From Klebsormidium nitens (lineage: Eukaryota > Plantae > Klebsormidiophyceae): DNA of 64,000 bases. Position numbers and translations under genes: made by a program. Each line of letters begins with the position of its first letter. Within the stretch, counting starts at the first letter, position 1. The notes beneath the pieces were generated by a model. The model made no database searches. It saw nothing but the letters and a program-made list of their open reading frames with translations, and was not told the DNA's origin. The stretch lies in the NCBI GenBank assembly GCA_000708835.1, contig DF237232.1, forward strand, positions 1 through 64,000, given 5' to 3'. Shown here one piece after another: positions 40,419 through 51,462 of this stretch.

Positions 40419-43400
40419 TCAGGTTACAGGTCTACTGAGGTGTTCGAAGGATATGAGAGGGGGCAGGTCGTGACCCGTTCCGCTTGCCAATGAAGGCCCC
40501 TCCTTTTCCTGTGCGTTGGCTGGTGCTGACCGCCGCGAGTGATGCTTGTGCTGGCGCCTCCCTCCTGTCCGCTCCTTCCCCAACTGCTCCGATCCAAGCT
40601 CCGTGCCCCCCGAGCCTGGCCCCCGCTGGCTACCCCTGTGCTTGCTCCTGTGACTTCGACTCCTCTTTTCCTGCTGTACTTCTTCCCCCGCGCTCCCGTG
40701 CTTCCCTGCCAGCAGGCTGGCCACGCTCTGGTCCAGCACGCCCCCCTTGAGGCTTCCCGCTGACGGCAGCCCTTCCCCGGACCTCCACCGCACCACCCCC
40801 GGCGGGAGGTCCTCGTCCAGCTTCACGATGGCCCGCGCAGGCTTGCGCTTCGGGGCCGGGGCAGGGGCTGCACACACACCAGGTGTCGAGGGTAAGCGCG
40901 GATAAACGGCCGGAGGGGCGACGACTTGCCAAAAACGGCCCATTTTCGTGCCACACAGCTTGCGGACAGTCGGACAGTGCGAAGGTGGGTGGCCGAAACG
41001 TGGACACGTTGCGATATCAGATCGACCGTTCACTGCTAGCACTCGAGCGAAAGCCGAGCATCAAGTCAAGTTTGGAAGACAGCTTGCCGACACGAAAGAA
41101 GCACCCAAAATTTCACCTTGCTGCGTAGCTCCCGCCGCCTTTTCTTGCCCGGTATCCTGCTCCGGCGCCCGCTCGTCGTTGGCCAAATAATGCTGCCCGT
41201 GCCGCTGTCGGTGCGCCGCGCGAGCAGCTCTCGCGTCCTCCGAGGCTTGGCCCTCGTCCACAGTCTGCGGCCTCTCCGCAGCGGCGTCCTCCCGCGCGCG
41301 TGCCTCGGGCCCCCACTCGGGCGGCCCCGGCATGCCGTACTCGGCACGCAGCCCCGCGAGCCCAGCTAGCGACGTGTCGAGGGGGAGCCCCGGTGGAACC
41401 TCCACCATGGCCTGCGCGTGCGGCGCCACCGGCCGCAGCTCCTCCTTCTGCGCCGCCGCCAGCCGGTGCAGCGCCCCACGCGCTGTAGGCGTGGCCGCCA
41501 AATACAGCAGCGCTGCCACATTGCCCGCGCGCTCCTGCACGGCGCTGTGGCCGCTCTCCAGCAGCGGGCCCAAGTGGGCGCGTACCAGTTGCTCCAGGGA
41601 GCCGGCCAAGCTGGGAGGGGCCTCCCCGACGTGCGGCTCGCTAGACTCTGGAGTCCCCCGGCGGTCTGGACAACCCACGTCTGATGAACCATCCTGCCCC
41701 GTCAATTGGGGAGCTGCAGCAGGTCCGGCGCGATCGGCCTGGTTGCTGGATGTCGGAAGCGCCTCCTCCGCGCCGGACAGCTCGTCTGGTGTCCCGCCCC
41801 CCTCCGCTGGGTTGCCGGCCGCGTCTTCCTGCTCGGGTGGAATTGCGCGGAGGGCAGACGTGGAGGGCAGAGGGGCCCATACCACGGTGGGCGCAGCGTT
41901 GGCAGCGGCTGATGCTGCGCCCCCAGACGAGGCCGCTCGAGCGTGCAGCAACAGCTTGAGAATAGCCTGCAGAGCAGCCACGAGAACAGCACAAAGCAGG
42001 TAATCAAATGATGGAGACTCATAGGGACGAACATTGCCGCGTCTCGTTCACTGCCCTTGCTTCGACTGCCGTAGAGTGGCGGGCTCTATAGTGCAAGGAG
42101 AGCCTTCGGTGCAACAGCAACGAGACGGCAAGCTTAAAGTTGGGGTCGAGCAGCACTCGGCGGTAGCAATCCCAAGCAGGGCTCCAGTCGCCAACCTCTT
42201 AGTACTCAGGCGCCACGCTTGCAAGCGACGCTGAGCCCGACCAGCCAAGCAGCCTTATAAATTTGTTTCAAATCACAAAACACGTCGACTTGCTCAAAAT
42301 GTGAACCGGCCTGCCTTGACAGCCCCTTCAATCTCTCGGCTCGCGCTAGCATTTCAATCAAAAGGCTGACCTGCACAATCACGGCCTGCACGCCCGCGGG
42401 CAGCGCCGTCACGTTGGGCTGCAGCAGGGCCTCCAGCACGCCCCGCGGGTCCCGTACGTGCTCAGCGTACTCGCCCGTGATCCACGCTGCAGCGCCCAGA
42501 GCGGCGCTCACTGTGGGGTGGGCGGGGCCGCCCCGAAGCAGCGACGGGGCCAGGAGTAAGTCTGCACGCGACACGTGCCATCAGGATTGCACTCGTTCGA
42601 AACGGCCGTATAAGGCATCAAACAGACGGGGCGCAACCCCAACAGGACCAGGAGGTCCAGGCCGGGGAACGTCCAAGCCACCCACCCGCTTCAAGAGACC
42701 AACCATGTGGGGCCGTCAGTCAACACTTTATCTCGACGTAAAGCAAACAAACGGGTAACAGGTCTGTGTACTTTGGAATGCTCGGTGGTCAATCACGGCT
42801 CTCTCTCGAAAGCCCTGTAACGTCGTTGCTCCTCTTATCTCAACCCTTTAGCAGGCCTTTGGGCCAGCAGTGACCGCAGTCGTGGCCGCTTACCCCGGGC
42901 ATGGTGCACGAGGTCGGGGCGGCAGTCGGGCACCCGCAGCGCGAGGTCTTCCAGCTGCGCCGCCACTGCGCCGCCGTGGGGCGAGCCGGGCACCGCCGCC
43001 AGCTCCACAAGCACGCTCACATACCTGCGGCGGCAGGACGCACAGAGCCGTCAGTAAGATCGGAGCGGTGAGGGGACATTGCCATAAAACCTGGATTATG
43101 TACGGAGAGATTGAACCGGCGCCAAAGCCTTTTACATTCACACTCACACATAGAACAAAAAGGAAGAGCACTCTGGAGCTTGGCATGAAAGCGTTCAGAC
43201 TGTCTCGAAGTTCGTCATCCGCCTTCCTGCATACTTCCGACCCATCGTTTGACCTTCGCTCAGCATAATATATCGTTCGGCTGACTCCAGATGAAGAAAT
43301 TCTGCTCAATTGTGCCGAGTCAACCAAATAATCTGCTACGCTGTGCCAAGACCTCACACTTACCTCAAGGGTCATAACCTCGTAAGCGTAGACGTCGGAA

Positions 43401-45844
43401 AATGAAGTTGTAAGTTCTCTCACTGTGCGTATCACTGTGAGTATCAGACTTATCGAAAATGAGCTAATATTTTTGACATCCACTTCATGGTGAGTTTTCG
43501 ACCATTTTGACAGACCATTTCGAGAGCATAGACTCAACAAGTACTTCGAGATAAGCTTGCACGTCCACAAATGGAAGAGTGGCGTAGAACCCCTGCCCCT
43601 GCTCAGATCCTTGTCCACTGGTCACACCCTTGGCCCACGCTCAGGAAAACGGTGCATAACTTCCTGCGGCCCTGCGTCTCGGCCCCTCACCATGCGAAGT
43701 CCGCCACAAGAGCGTAGTGGTCACGCGAATTCAGGTCCAGCAGCGCCGCCATGAGCTGGAACTGGAAGTCCGGCTCCACCGCGCCGCCCCGCACCAGGCG
43801 CAGCAGGGCCTCGCTCACGAGCGCGGCGTCGTCGGGGGTGGCCACCAGCGCGCGCACCAGGCGCAGCGCCACCGCCTGGATCGTGGGGTCCGCGTCGCTG
43901 AGGCACGCCAGAGCGGTGCCGTGGTGCGGGGCCACCACAGCGGCCTGCCCGGGGAGCAGCCGCTCCAGCGCCAGCAGCCCTGCACGCCACCGCCGCAGTG
44001 ATCAGGCAAAGGGCGAGCCGGGGGCTAACTTTCTACTCCATCAGGGGCCGGCCATATGTGTCTAGGAGTAACTAAGGTATTCCGCAGTCAGTTAGTGCTT
44101 AACGATGCAGCAACTCCCGTTCAGGGGTGTCAGCCGAGAGGCAAGCCTTCAATGAGGCCCCGCAAAGTGTCCCTGGTCCGCCCCTAAGTGTCTGGCCTGG
44201 TCGACGACCTCTGTTCAGTGTATGCAGAGCAGGTTTTGCCGTCGCCTCCTCACCGAGGTAGCGCAGGTTGGCGTCCTCGTCCTGGATAAATTCGCGCAGC
44301 TTGTCTCCGCACAGGGCCATGACCTCGGGGTGGTGCGGCAGGCTGGCGGTCGCGGTGCGCACGCACTCGTATGCCAGGCTCTTGGCGGGAGTCCGCTCCA
44401 GGATGGCCGTAAGGGGGGCCGCCAGGCGCGCGGCGAGGCGCGGCTCCAGGGGCGCCAGCACGGCAAACAGCTTGACCAGCTTGATGACGAGCCAGGTGTG
44501 GCTACTGCGCGTGAGCAGGGCGAAGAGGGGCGGGGCCAGGGGCAGGTACGCAGACGGGGCAGAGCTGGAGCACACCAGCTCACACAGCACGTTCACGGCG
44601 CAGCACACCACCGACGTCTCACTGTCCTGCGAACCAAGGGGGCAACAGAGTGATGCAGGGGGTTTTCTGGTTGAGCAGTCACATGTGATGCGTTCAGAAT
44701 GTGCGAACTTGCTCGAAGAGGTACCTCAGTAAACAATGAAGGCATTTGATCGGTTGTGACATACGCCATCAGAACAACAATTGCACAGCTTGTGAAGGGG
44801 GTGGAAGCCATAGGCAGGGCGACTGCCAGCCCGCGCAGGTGGGGGCCGCTCACATTGAGGCTGTCCACCAGGGCCTTGAAGGCGGAGTGGGGCGCAGTGT
44901 CAGGGTCTGCGCGGAAGAAGTGGTGCAGCACCAGGACGGCGCGCTTGCGCACAGCCAGGCGGCCGGACAGCAGAGCACGGCACACGTCGGGGAGGAGGTC
45001 GCGCGCCAGGGAGGGGGTCAGCACGCGCGAGAGAGCGTTCAGGGCCTGAGCAGCCTCGTACTGCACGCCAAGGCAGGGCCGTCACTCCAACGCTCCACCA
45101 ACTAAGAGCGCCAGGGCAGAGACGGTCCACCATACATTCTCAGAAGCTGAACACGCCGGCTATCACAACAATCCCAATCCTGTTTCTGCAATCCGACAAG
45201 TATCTTGCCTTCTCAGAAAACAACTAAGAAAGTTGGAAGGATTTGATAACATGGCTGACCTCGTTTTGCGAAGCGAGGTCCTTTTTGAAGAGGTTTGTGG
45301 CGAGGAGCAGGAGGTCGGAGTGACCTGTGAATGAGTGGCAGAGTGCGAGGTAGCCCGCCTGCTTGTGCCAGAAGCGCGCCTGGCTCATCACCTCCAGGCA
45401 GTGGAACGATGCCCACTCCATGCCACTGCCCTGCACGCAGCCCCCAGCAAGATATCAAGAACCGGGATCAGAGGACGAATGATAAGCCAGGAACACAGAC
45501 GATGACCCAACTGTTGGCCTTCAGCCCCCAACAGTCGGTCTGTCTAACAAAATTTGCTTAGATGCTTGCTTGCAGCCACCTTTGTAGCACCCTCCAAGAC
45601 AGCAGATGCTGATGGTGGCACGCTACGGAGGCGGGGGTGCACCACCACCGACTGCACGGCCTACCTGCAGCATTGCAATGTATGTGACTTTCTGCAGCGC
45701 AGTTGCTTTGATGTGGGGGTCAGTGGACCGTATCTCCCTCTTGCAGTCCGCCAGCGCAGCCTCCAGGAAGGCCGCCTCCCCCAGGCTGGTGCTGCGCAGC
45801 GCCTTCACCAGGTCCGTCAGCGTGTTCTGAAAGAACGACTCCAT
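40419..45844 (-). CDS. AP3D1: AP-3 adaptor complex subunit delta, multi-exon (3' end approximate)
   Basis: MESFFQNTLTDLVKALR...REIRSTDPHIKATALQKVTY; MEWASFHCLEVMS; LLLATNLFKKDL; VRKRAVLVL; AVNVLCEL; YLPLAPPLFALL...WLVIKLVKLFAVLAPLEPRL; KSLAYECVRT; DEDANLRYL|GLLAL; DFAW|YVSVLVEL; then a low-complexity hinge region. Confidence 0.93.
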
Positions 45845-46085
45845 GGGGGCATGCGAGTGGCGCGCGCCAATGCAAGCAGCTTAGCAGCAAAAGCAGACGA
45901 GGACAGAGCGAGCTGTGTCCTGCCCGCCTGCCTCAGTTGGAACCACTTTTGCACTTTCGAGTGCTCGCCTTCAATGTCAGCAGCTCCTTGCGCATGCAGG
46001 ACATTTGAATGATTCATCGAGCATCCTACAAAATGCTTGCGTGATCCCTGCAAACTTGTGTACGTGCAGATAGCCAGCAAGCAGC

Positions 46086-46111
46086 AAACCCTAAAATGGC
46101 CCAAACCCTAA
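46086..46111. promoter_or_regulatory. Telo-box / site II / telo-box module in a bidirectional promoter
   Basis: AAACCCTAA (46086-46094), GGCCCA (46098-46103; TGGGCC on the minus strand) and AAACCCTAA (46103-46111), between the AP3D1 ATG (45844) and the ATG at 46748. Confidence 0.55.
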
Positions 46112-46747
46112 TTTGCAAACTGTCACCTCGAACGGCAGCTGGACACTCAATATAGCTCACAATTTTCTTCAACCCCTTTGGTGCTTTGGCGCCCTAGTTT
46201 ATAGGAGGGGTTCCTGCTCGCTGCGGCTCAGCTCCTTCCTACCTCCGTTTGCTGATCCTCCCAGATGGGGTTTCTGTTGATCAGGACGCAAGAGAATTAC
46301 GATTTATTGCTTTGAAAGGTAAACTTCATGTAGCATGTTACTTTTCAGTACGAATACAGATTGTTTAAGTAGAGGCTCTCAGCCAGCTGGTGGTGCTACA
46401 CAAGTCTGCAAACTTTCTTTCTGGTTGATTGCAGAAGAAGCATCAGATTACCTGCCCCAAATGTGGTGCTTGCAAACAAAACTGGGCTCATTGTGAGTCA
46501 TATCCAGCTTTGTATCCTTAAAAACATGGTTTCCTGATTCTCTCTGCCAGATCATGTTACATAGTCCCAGGGTGAATGTCCGGAAGGAGGGACTGCGTTC
46601 TTTACACTTCTCCCACATTGAGGGCCTCTTGGGGTGCACAAATGCAAGCCTACCTTGCGGGGCCAGAGGAGCGAACAGATAACCACAGCAAGCTTTGGAT
46701 TTTGAGTGTGAGTCCGTGACAACCAGGATGTGCGGCCCGGGGCTCCC

Positions 46748-49665
46748 ATGGCCAGGGATGATTACAACCGCTGGGGAACTGGAGGTGACCAGCTGGCGCC
46801 CCTGCCCTCCACGACCTTTGCGGAAGCGCTAGGTAGAATCAGCCGCCAATGGGTCCCGCACGACTTGCCGTCTGCACAGGACATTGTGGGGAAGAACGAA
46901 GCCCCGGGCCCAGATGGCCGTGGACCCCAGCTAGGCCGGGCGTCCTGTGGCACCCAGACTGTGGGGGACGCGGGTGTGGCTGGTCTGCGGCTGCTGGGAA
47001 CAACAACACGGAGGGGCTTCCAGGAGGGCTTGCCCGCGTGGCAGGAGGAGGACAGCCCCCCCAGCTATGCCGGGTGGAGCCCCGCTACGGAGCGGCCAAT
47101 TCGGGACAGCCTGGGGCGGGAAAACGAAAGGGGGGAGTCCGGGGGGCTGTCCAAGGAGGGCAGCCGCAGGGCGAGCCTGGGGGAGGTGGCGGGGGAGAAG
47201 GGCGAGAGGCAGCGGGAGTGGTACCAGCGCATGCTGCTGGCGCTGAAGCTGAAGCAGGCCAAGCGCATCGAGGACATGGAGGCGCGCTTCGAGGAGGAGC
47301 TGCGGCGGCGCACGGACATGCACGAGACAGCGCTGCAGCAAATGGCAGCGCAGGCGGCAGGTGAGGGGGCAGTGGGGAAACCAGGGCACCAGGCGTAGTC
47401 ACAAGAAGGACTGCCGGCTCTGTGCCATTGGATTAGTCCCTCATTGATACAACCAGCGCATGAAAAGGATAGTAGTTTGGCACCACGTTTCTGGTCCTTG
47501 GACGCAGTTCGAGGGGAGTGGTTGCTGATACTTTGTGTATGTGGCTGCAGTTGCCTCCTCTTCAGCCCAAGCGTGCGCGGCAGCCCAGGCGGCGGTGCGT
47601 GACTTGGAAGGGCAGCTGCGGGACGCGCAGGTGGTGGTAACGGAGCTGCAGGGACGACTAGCGAAGCAGCAAGAAGAGCTGGAGCTACGCCGCGAGTACG
47701 ACTTATACAAGCAGCGTAGCGCGCATGAGAAGGAGCTGGCCGCCGTGGCAGAGAAGCAGCGGGCACAGCTGGAGCAGCTCCAGGTGAGAAGCCGCTGGGG
47801 GGACACTTGGGATAAGGGCGGGGGGGGACGGTACGATCATCCTCGAGAAATATGAAGAGATACTACATGTGGCTCTGGCAGAAAACACGCAGCTTTGTGT
47901 AGTTGCACTCACTTCTGACCATGACCGGTCATATGTTTGCCCAACTGGTCCAACCAAAACCGAGAGTTACTCCATGGAAGAGAAGAGGAGGCTGATTTAA
48001 TCTCTGTAATAACCTAGCACAGTATCCTACCTGAGGGAAATCATGTTGATGACTTTGCCTGGTCGCTGACCTGCGCCGCCCTGCTGTGGCACAGGCGGAG
48101 ATGCGGCAGGCTGTGGCTGCACGGGAAGAGGCGCACGAAGGGCAGCAGGCTCTCAGGCTGCAGCATGAAGCGGAGATGCGGCACCTCCAGACGGAGCACG
48201 CCGCCCAGTTTGCCAGTGCACATGCCCAGGTGGGAAGTACGGGCTAGACAAAAGTCAACTCGTTTGAGGTTCTGCTTTCAGTTCGACGAACAGGCATTCT
48301 TTTAATCAATAAGGAACATGATTTTGAGCATAGACACGACGACGATGCCACAGGAGATCACACAAACCGGAGGCCAGCTTATAGAAATCTCCCTTGCCAT
48401 TGGCAGCCCCGTGTGCCGTCCGTAAGTTTGCGCCGGGCTGCTTCTGCAGATGTTGGCAGCGCAGCAGGCGGTGGCTGCTCGGGGGGAGGCGGAGGCGGCT
48501 GCCACAGCGCTGGCGGTGGCGCAGGCCCGTAGCGAGTACGAGAGCAAGCTGGCGGCCGCGCTGCGTAGCCTGCAGGACAGCCATGCCGAGCGCTGCGACC
48601 TGCTGGAGCAGCACTGGCAGCAGGCCAGCCAGGTGAGGCCCTGCGGCCACCTGGGCCTTGAGTCCGCCCCCTCGTTCTCAAGTGCCCGGTCGCAAAAGAG
48701 TGCCAGTACTCTGTTGACAAGTCCCCTTTTTCAAACCTTCAGCCATGCACTCTCATGTGCCGCGGCCCTCGAGCATTCTCGGCGCTCGTGTGGCTTGTCT
48801 GCGTTTAGTCCTTGCCAGCGCGATGAATCGCTGGGTCTGACTCGACTTGTGCTCGCTCTTCCAGCGGCAGAGCCACGAGTATGAGCTGGTCATCAACGAG
48901 CTGCGCGCGGCGCTGGCCACCTGCGATCCAGCCGGCGAGCCGGTGCCCGTGCTGCGCACAACAGGCCTCCGGGAGGCCCCCGAGAGTCCCCGTAGAAACG
49001 TTGCCCCCCAGCCCGGCCCGGGGACAAGGCTCGGGCCGCGCCGCCCAGGAAACGCTCCATCAGGAGAGAGGCCCGGGCCACTGGCAAGGACGCAGTCTAG
49101 CCCGCCTCGGTTGCCCCCTCCTGCTCGAGTGGCCAGCCGTGTAGTCACGCCCCAGCCCGCCAGCGAGCCTCGCGGGAGGGCCAAGAGTCCCGAGCGCGGG
49201 CCCGGTCGTGCGCAGCAGCGCACCCGTCCAAGCCCCAATATGAGCCCCCGTGAAGGCAGCTCGCCTGCCCCGATGCAGCAGGGCCGCCCCTCAACGCCCC
49301 CGGAGCGCATCCCCTACCAGGAGCTGATGAGCAGCCTGCACGAACTCGACCAACGCATGGCTCGGTCGCCCCCACGACACCGCGTTGGGCTGGACCAGGA
49401 GGCCTTGGGAAGTGGCAGCGGTGCGCAGAGGGGTTGGCAGCCTCCGGGATATGTGAGCCCCCCTCCAGCCCGGCCGCTCGCCCGGTCGGCGGCAGCCAAG
49501 CGGGCCCCCGCGCGGAGCTACCTGGACCGGCTGCTGCGGCAGCTGCGGGAAGAGCAGACGGCGGCGCAGCGCGGGGGCAGCCATGACCAAGAGCTCCTCA
49601 GCAGTGGAACCAAGAGCTTGCCGCCAGAGCACTGGAACAGGACCAAAGGGGGAGGCATAGGCTGA
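46748..49665 (+). CDS. Uncharacterised coiled-coil protein with Pro/Arg/Ser-rich C-terminus, multi-exon
   Basis: ATG at 46748 (MARDDYNRWG...). GC3-rich exons bounded by GT-AG encode heptad-like E/Q/R/A/L segments (WYQRMLLALKLKQAKRIEDMEARFEEEL; QLRDAQVVVTELQGRLAKQQEELE; SEYESKLAAALRSLQ). Last exon ends ...GGGIG* at 49665. Confidence 0.7.
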
Positions 49666-49968
49666 AGATGGGGCTCGGACAGCAACAGGACTGCGCAGCA
49701 CGTGACGGCGTCGGATTGTGTTTGGAGTCTGAGTCAGCTTCCTCGAAAAGAGGACCGTCAAAATGTGTGGATAAAGTTGGAGACCCTTACTGGGGCCGAG
49801 AGATAGTCGTCAAGATTGAGTACTTGGCCCCGAGGAACTGTAAGTTATGTGAGCTCAATCATATCTGTATTCTTGAAATATAGTGGCTTTCGTCGCGTGG
49901 TAGTCAGAAGTCCTGCAACTGAACATACTTGGGACGAAGCTCCAAGAGGACCGAGAATCGTGCCAGAA

Positions 49969-50901
49969 TCACAAGAACGCTCGGTTTGCAATCCCAATGG
50001 GTTTTGCCCATCTTCCGACACACCATGCATGACTGAAAGCTGTCACTGACAACTCAGGTACTATAAGCGGCCGCGCGGCGCTGACCATCGACGACATACG
50101 TACATGTGCATAATTGGTCGTATTCATGCGCATGATCGGGAACGGTTCAACAGTTCGCATTAAACTGCATGGCAGTCTAGTTATAGGTGCCGTTCGTTCT
50201 GCAAGACGCAGCCCCGACATCATTGCAGGCGCCGGTCTGCAATGATAAGCATAACTTGTGGTTTTTCTCCTATATGCATTGTGAGGATCAACGTACGAGC
50301 GCAAATCGATCCCGTTGCAATTACGTACACGTATCCAACTCTCAGGTACTTTGAGGGTGGTCATAGATAAGCAGACGGTTGGGTCGTGCTAGCTGCGGGG
50401 CCGCCGGTTATGCCTAGGTCGGCTTCTTGCCTGCAGAAGCTGGGCCGGGCGCAGCTGCGTGCAAGATTGAACATGTCGTTCCACGCGAAACATATGCGCG
50501 AAACTTACAGCTTGCTTAATGAAAGTGCATAATGTTGTACAAAATTGTTCGAAATCCGTGAATGATGCAGCTGTGCAGCGCAAGTCCAGCGCGCGCGCTG
50601 TGGATCAAAATATGGCCCGGCGCCTAGGACCCCGCACGTCAATCTGAATTGGTACTTCGTTGAAGCCGGGCAAACGGAGTTCGTATAAGGGGTTGAAGGA
50701 CTCTGACTGCAACCAATACATTGAACATACCACATCCACGAACATAGTACCGTCAGTGATTTGTACACTGGCTCGAGGCCTGCGGGGTTGGAACTTTGCA
50801 GCATCCTCATGTACATGCATGGTCTGGCGGCTGTGAGTCCTAGCTAGCTCCAGCGTGGCGCGCCTGACCGCGGTACACACGGCGACAGCAACGGCCGTGT
50901 C
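49969..50901 (-). pseudogene. About 310-codon reading frame broken by two in-frame stops; unknown family
   Basis: ORF-track entries 50605-50880, 50389-50583 and 49969-50364 are in the same frame, separated only by TGA (50605-50607) and TAG (50389-50391). Confidence 0.4.
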
Positions 50902-51462
50902 CTAGCTCGCGGTTCAGCATCCTGCGCGCCAGACTCATGGCGGCAGTCGTTCACCCGCCGGAGAAGCGTCGTGCACAACGTGCAATGCCATGTTGCTTGA
51001 AATGTGCCGGTCCATTCACTCGAGTCTCGGTGCTCATTCCTTTTGTAACAAACACTTCTATTTGGTTCATAGTAGTTCCCTTCTCCATTCAGTCACTGTC
51101 ACAGGAAAACAGAACCAGGTCTGGCAGCAAGCCTGTCGTGTGTGCTCGCGTTCTGTGTATGTTACACTAAGATATCATACCAAGCCTCGTAGACGCGACG
51201 AGCTATCCGAAGTAGCGCCGCCAACCGCTCTAAAGTCCAAAAGTGGAGTCACAACCTATGCTTAATCTCTCTTCGCGTTGATCTCCTCACATCGAGGCGA
51301 GAGCTTCTTCAACCCTGCCTGCATTCCTACCCCATTTAGATTCAAGAAAAGGACTGATCATCGTCCCGGCTTATTCAAGCAGTCGGTCATTGTGTTGGCT
51401 GTCCTGTAGCAGTCCGCCCGGCCGGGATTCCCGGGCGCCCTGCGCTCTTCCTTGGCACGTGC

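Noticed and set aside
43080-43570. Intronic C/D-box snoRNA in AP3D1
   Set aside because: No canonical RTGATGA box C paired with a terminal CTGA and stem could be identified.
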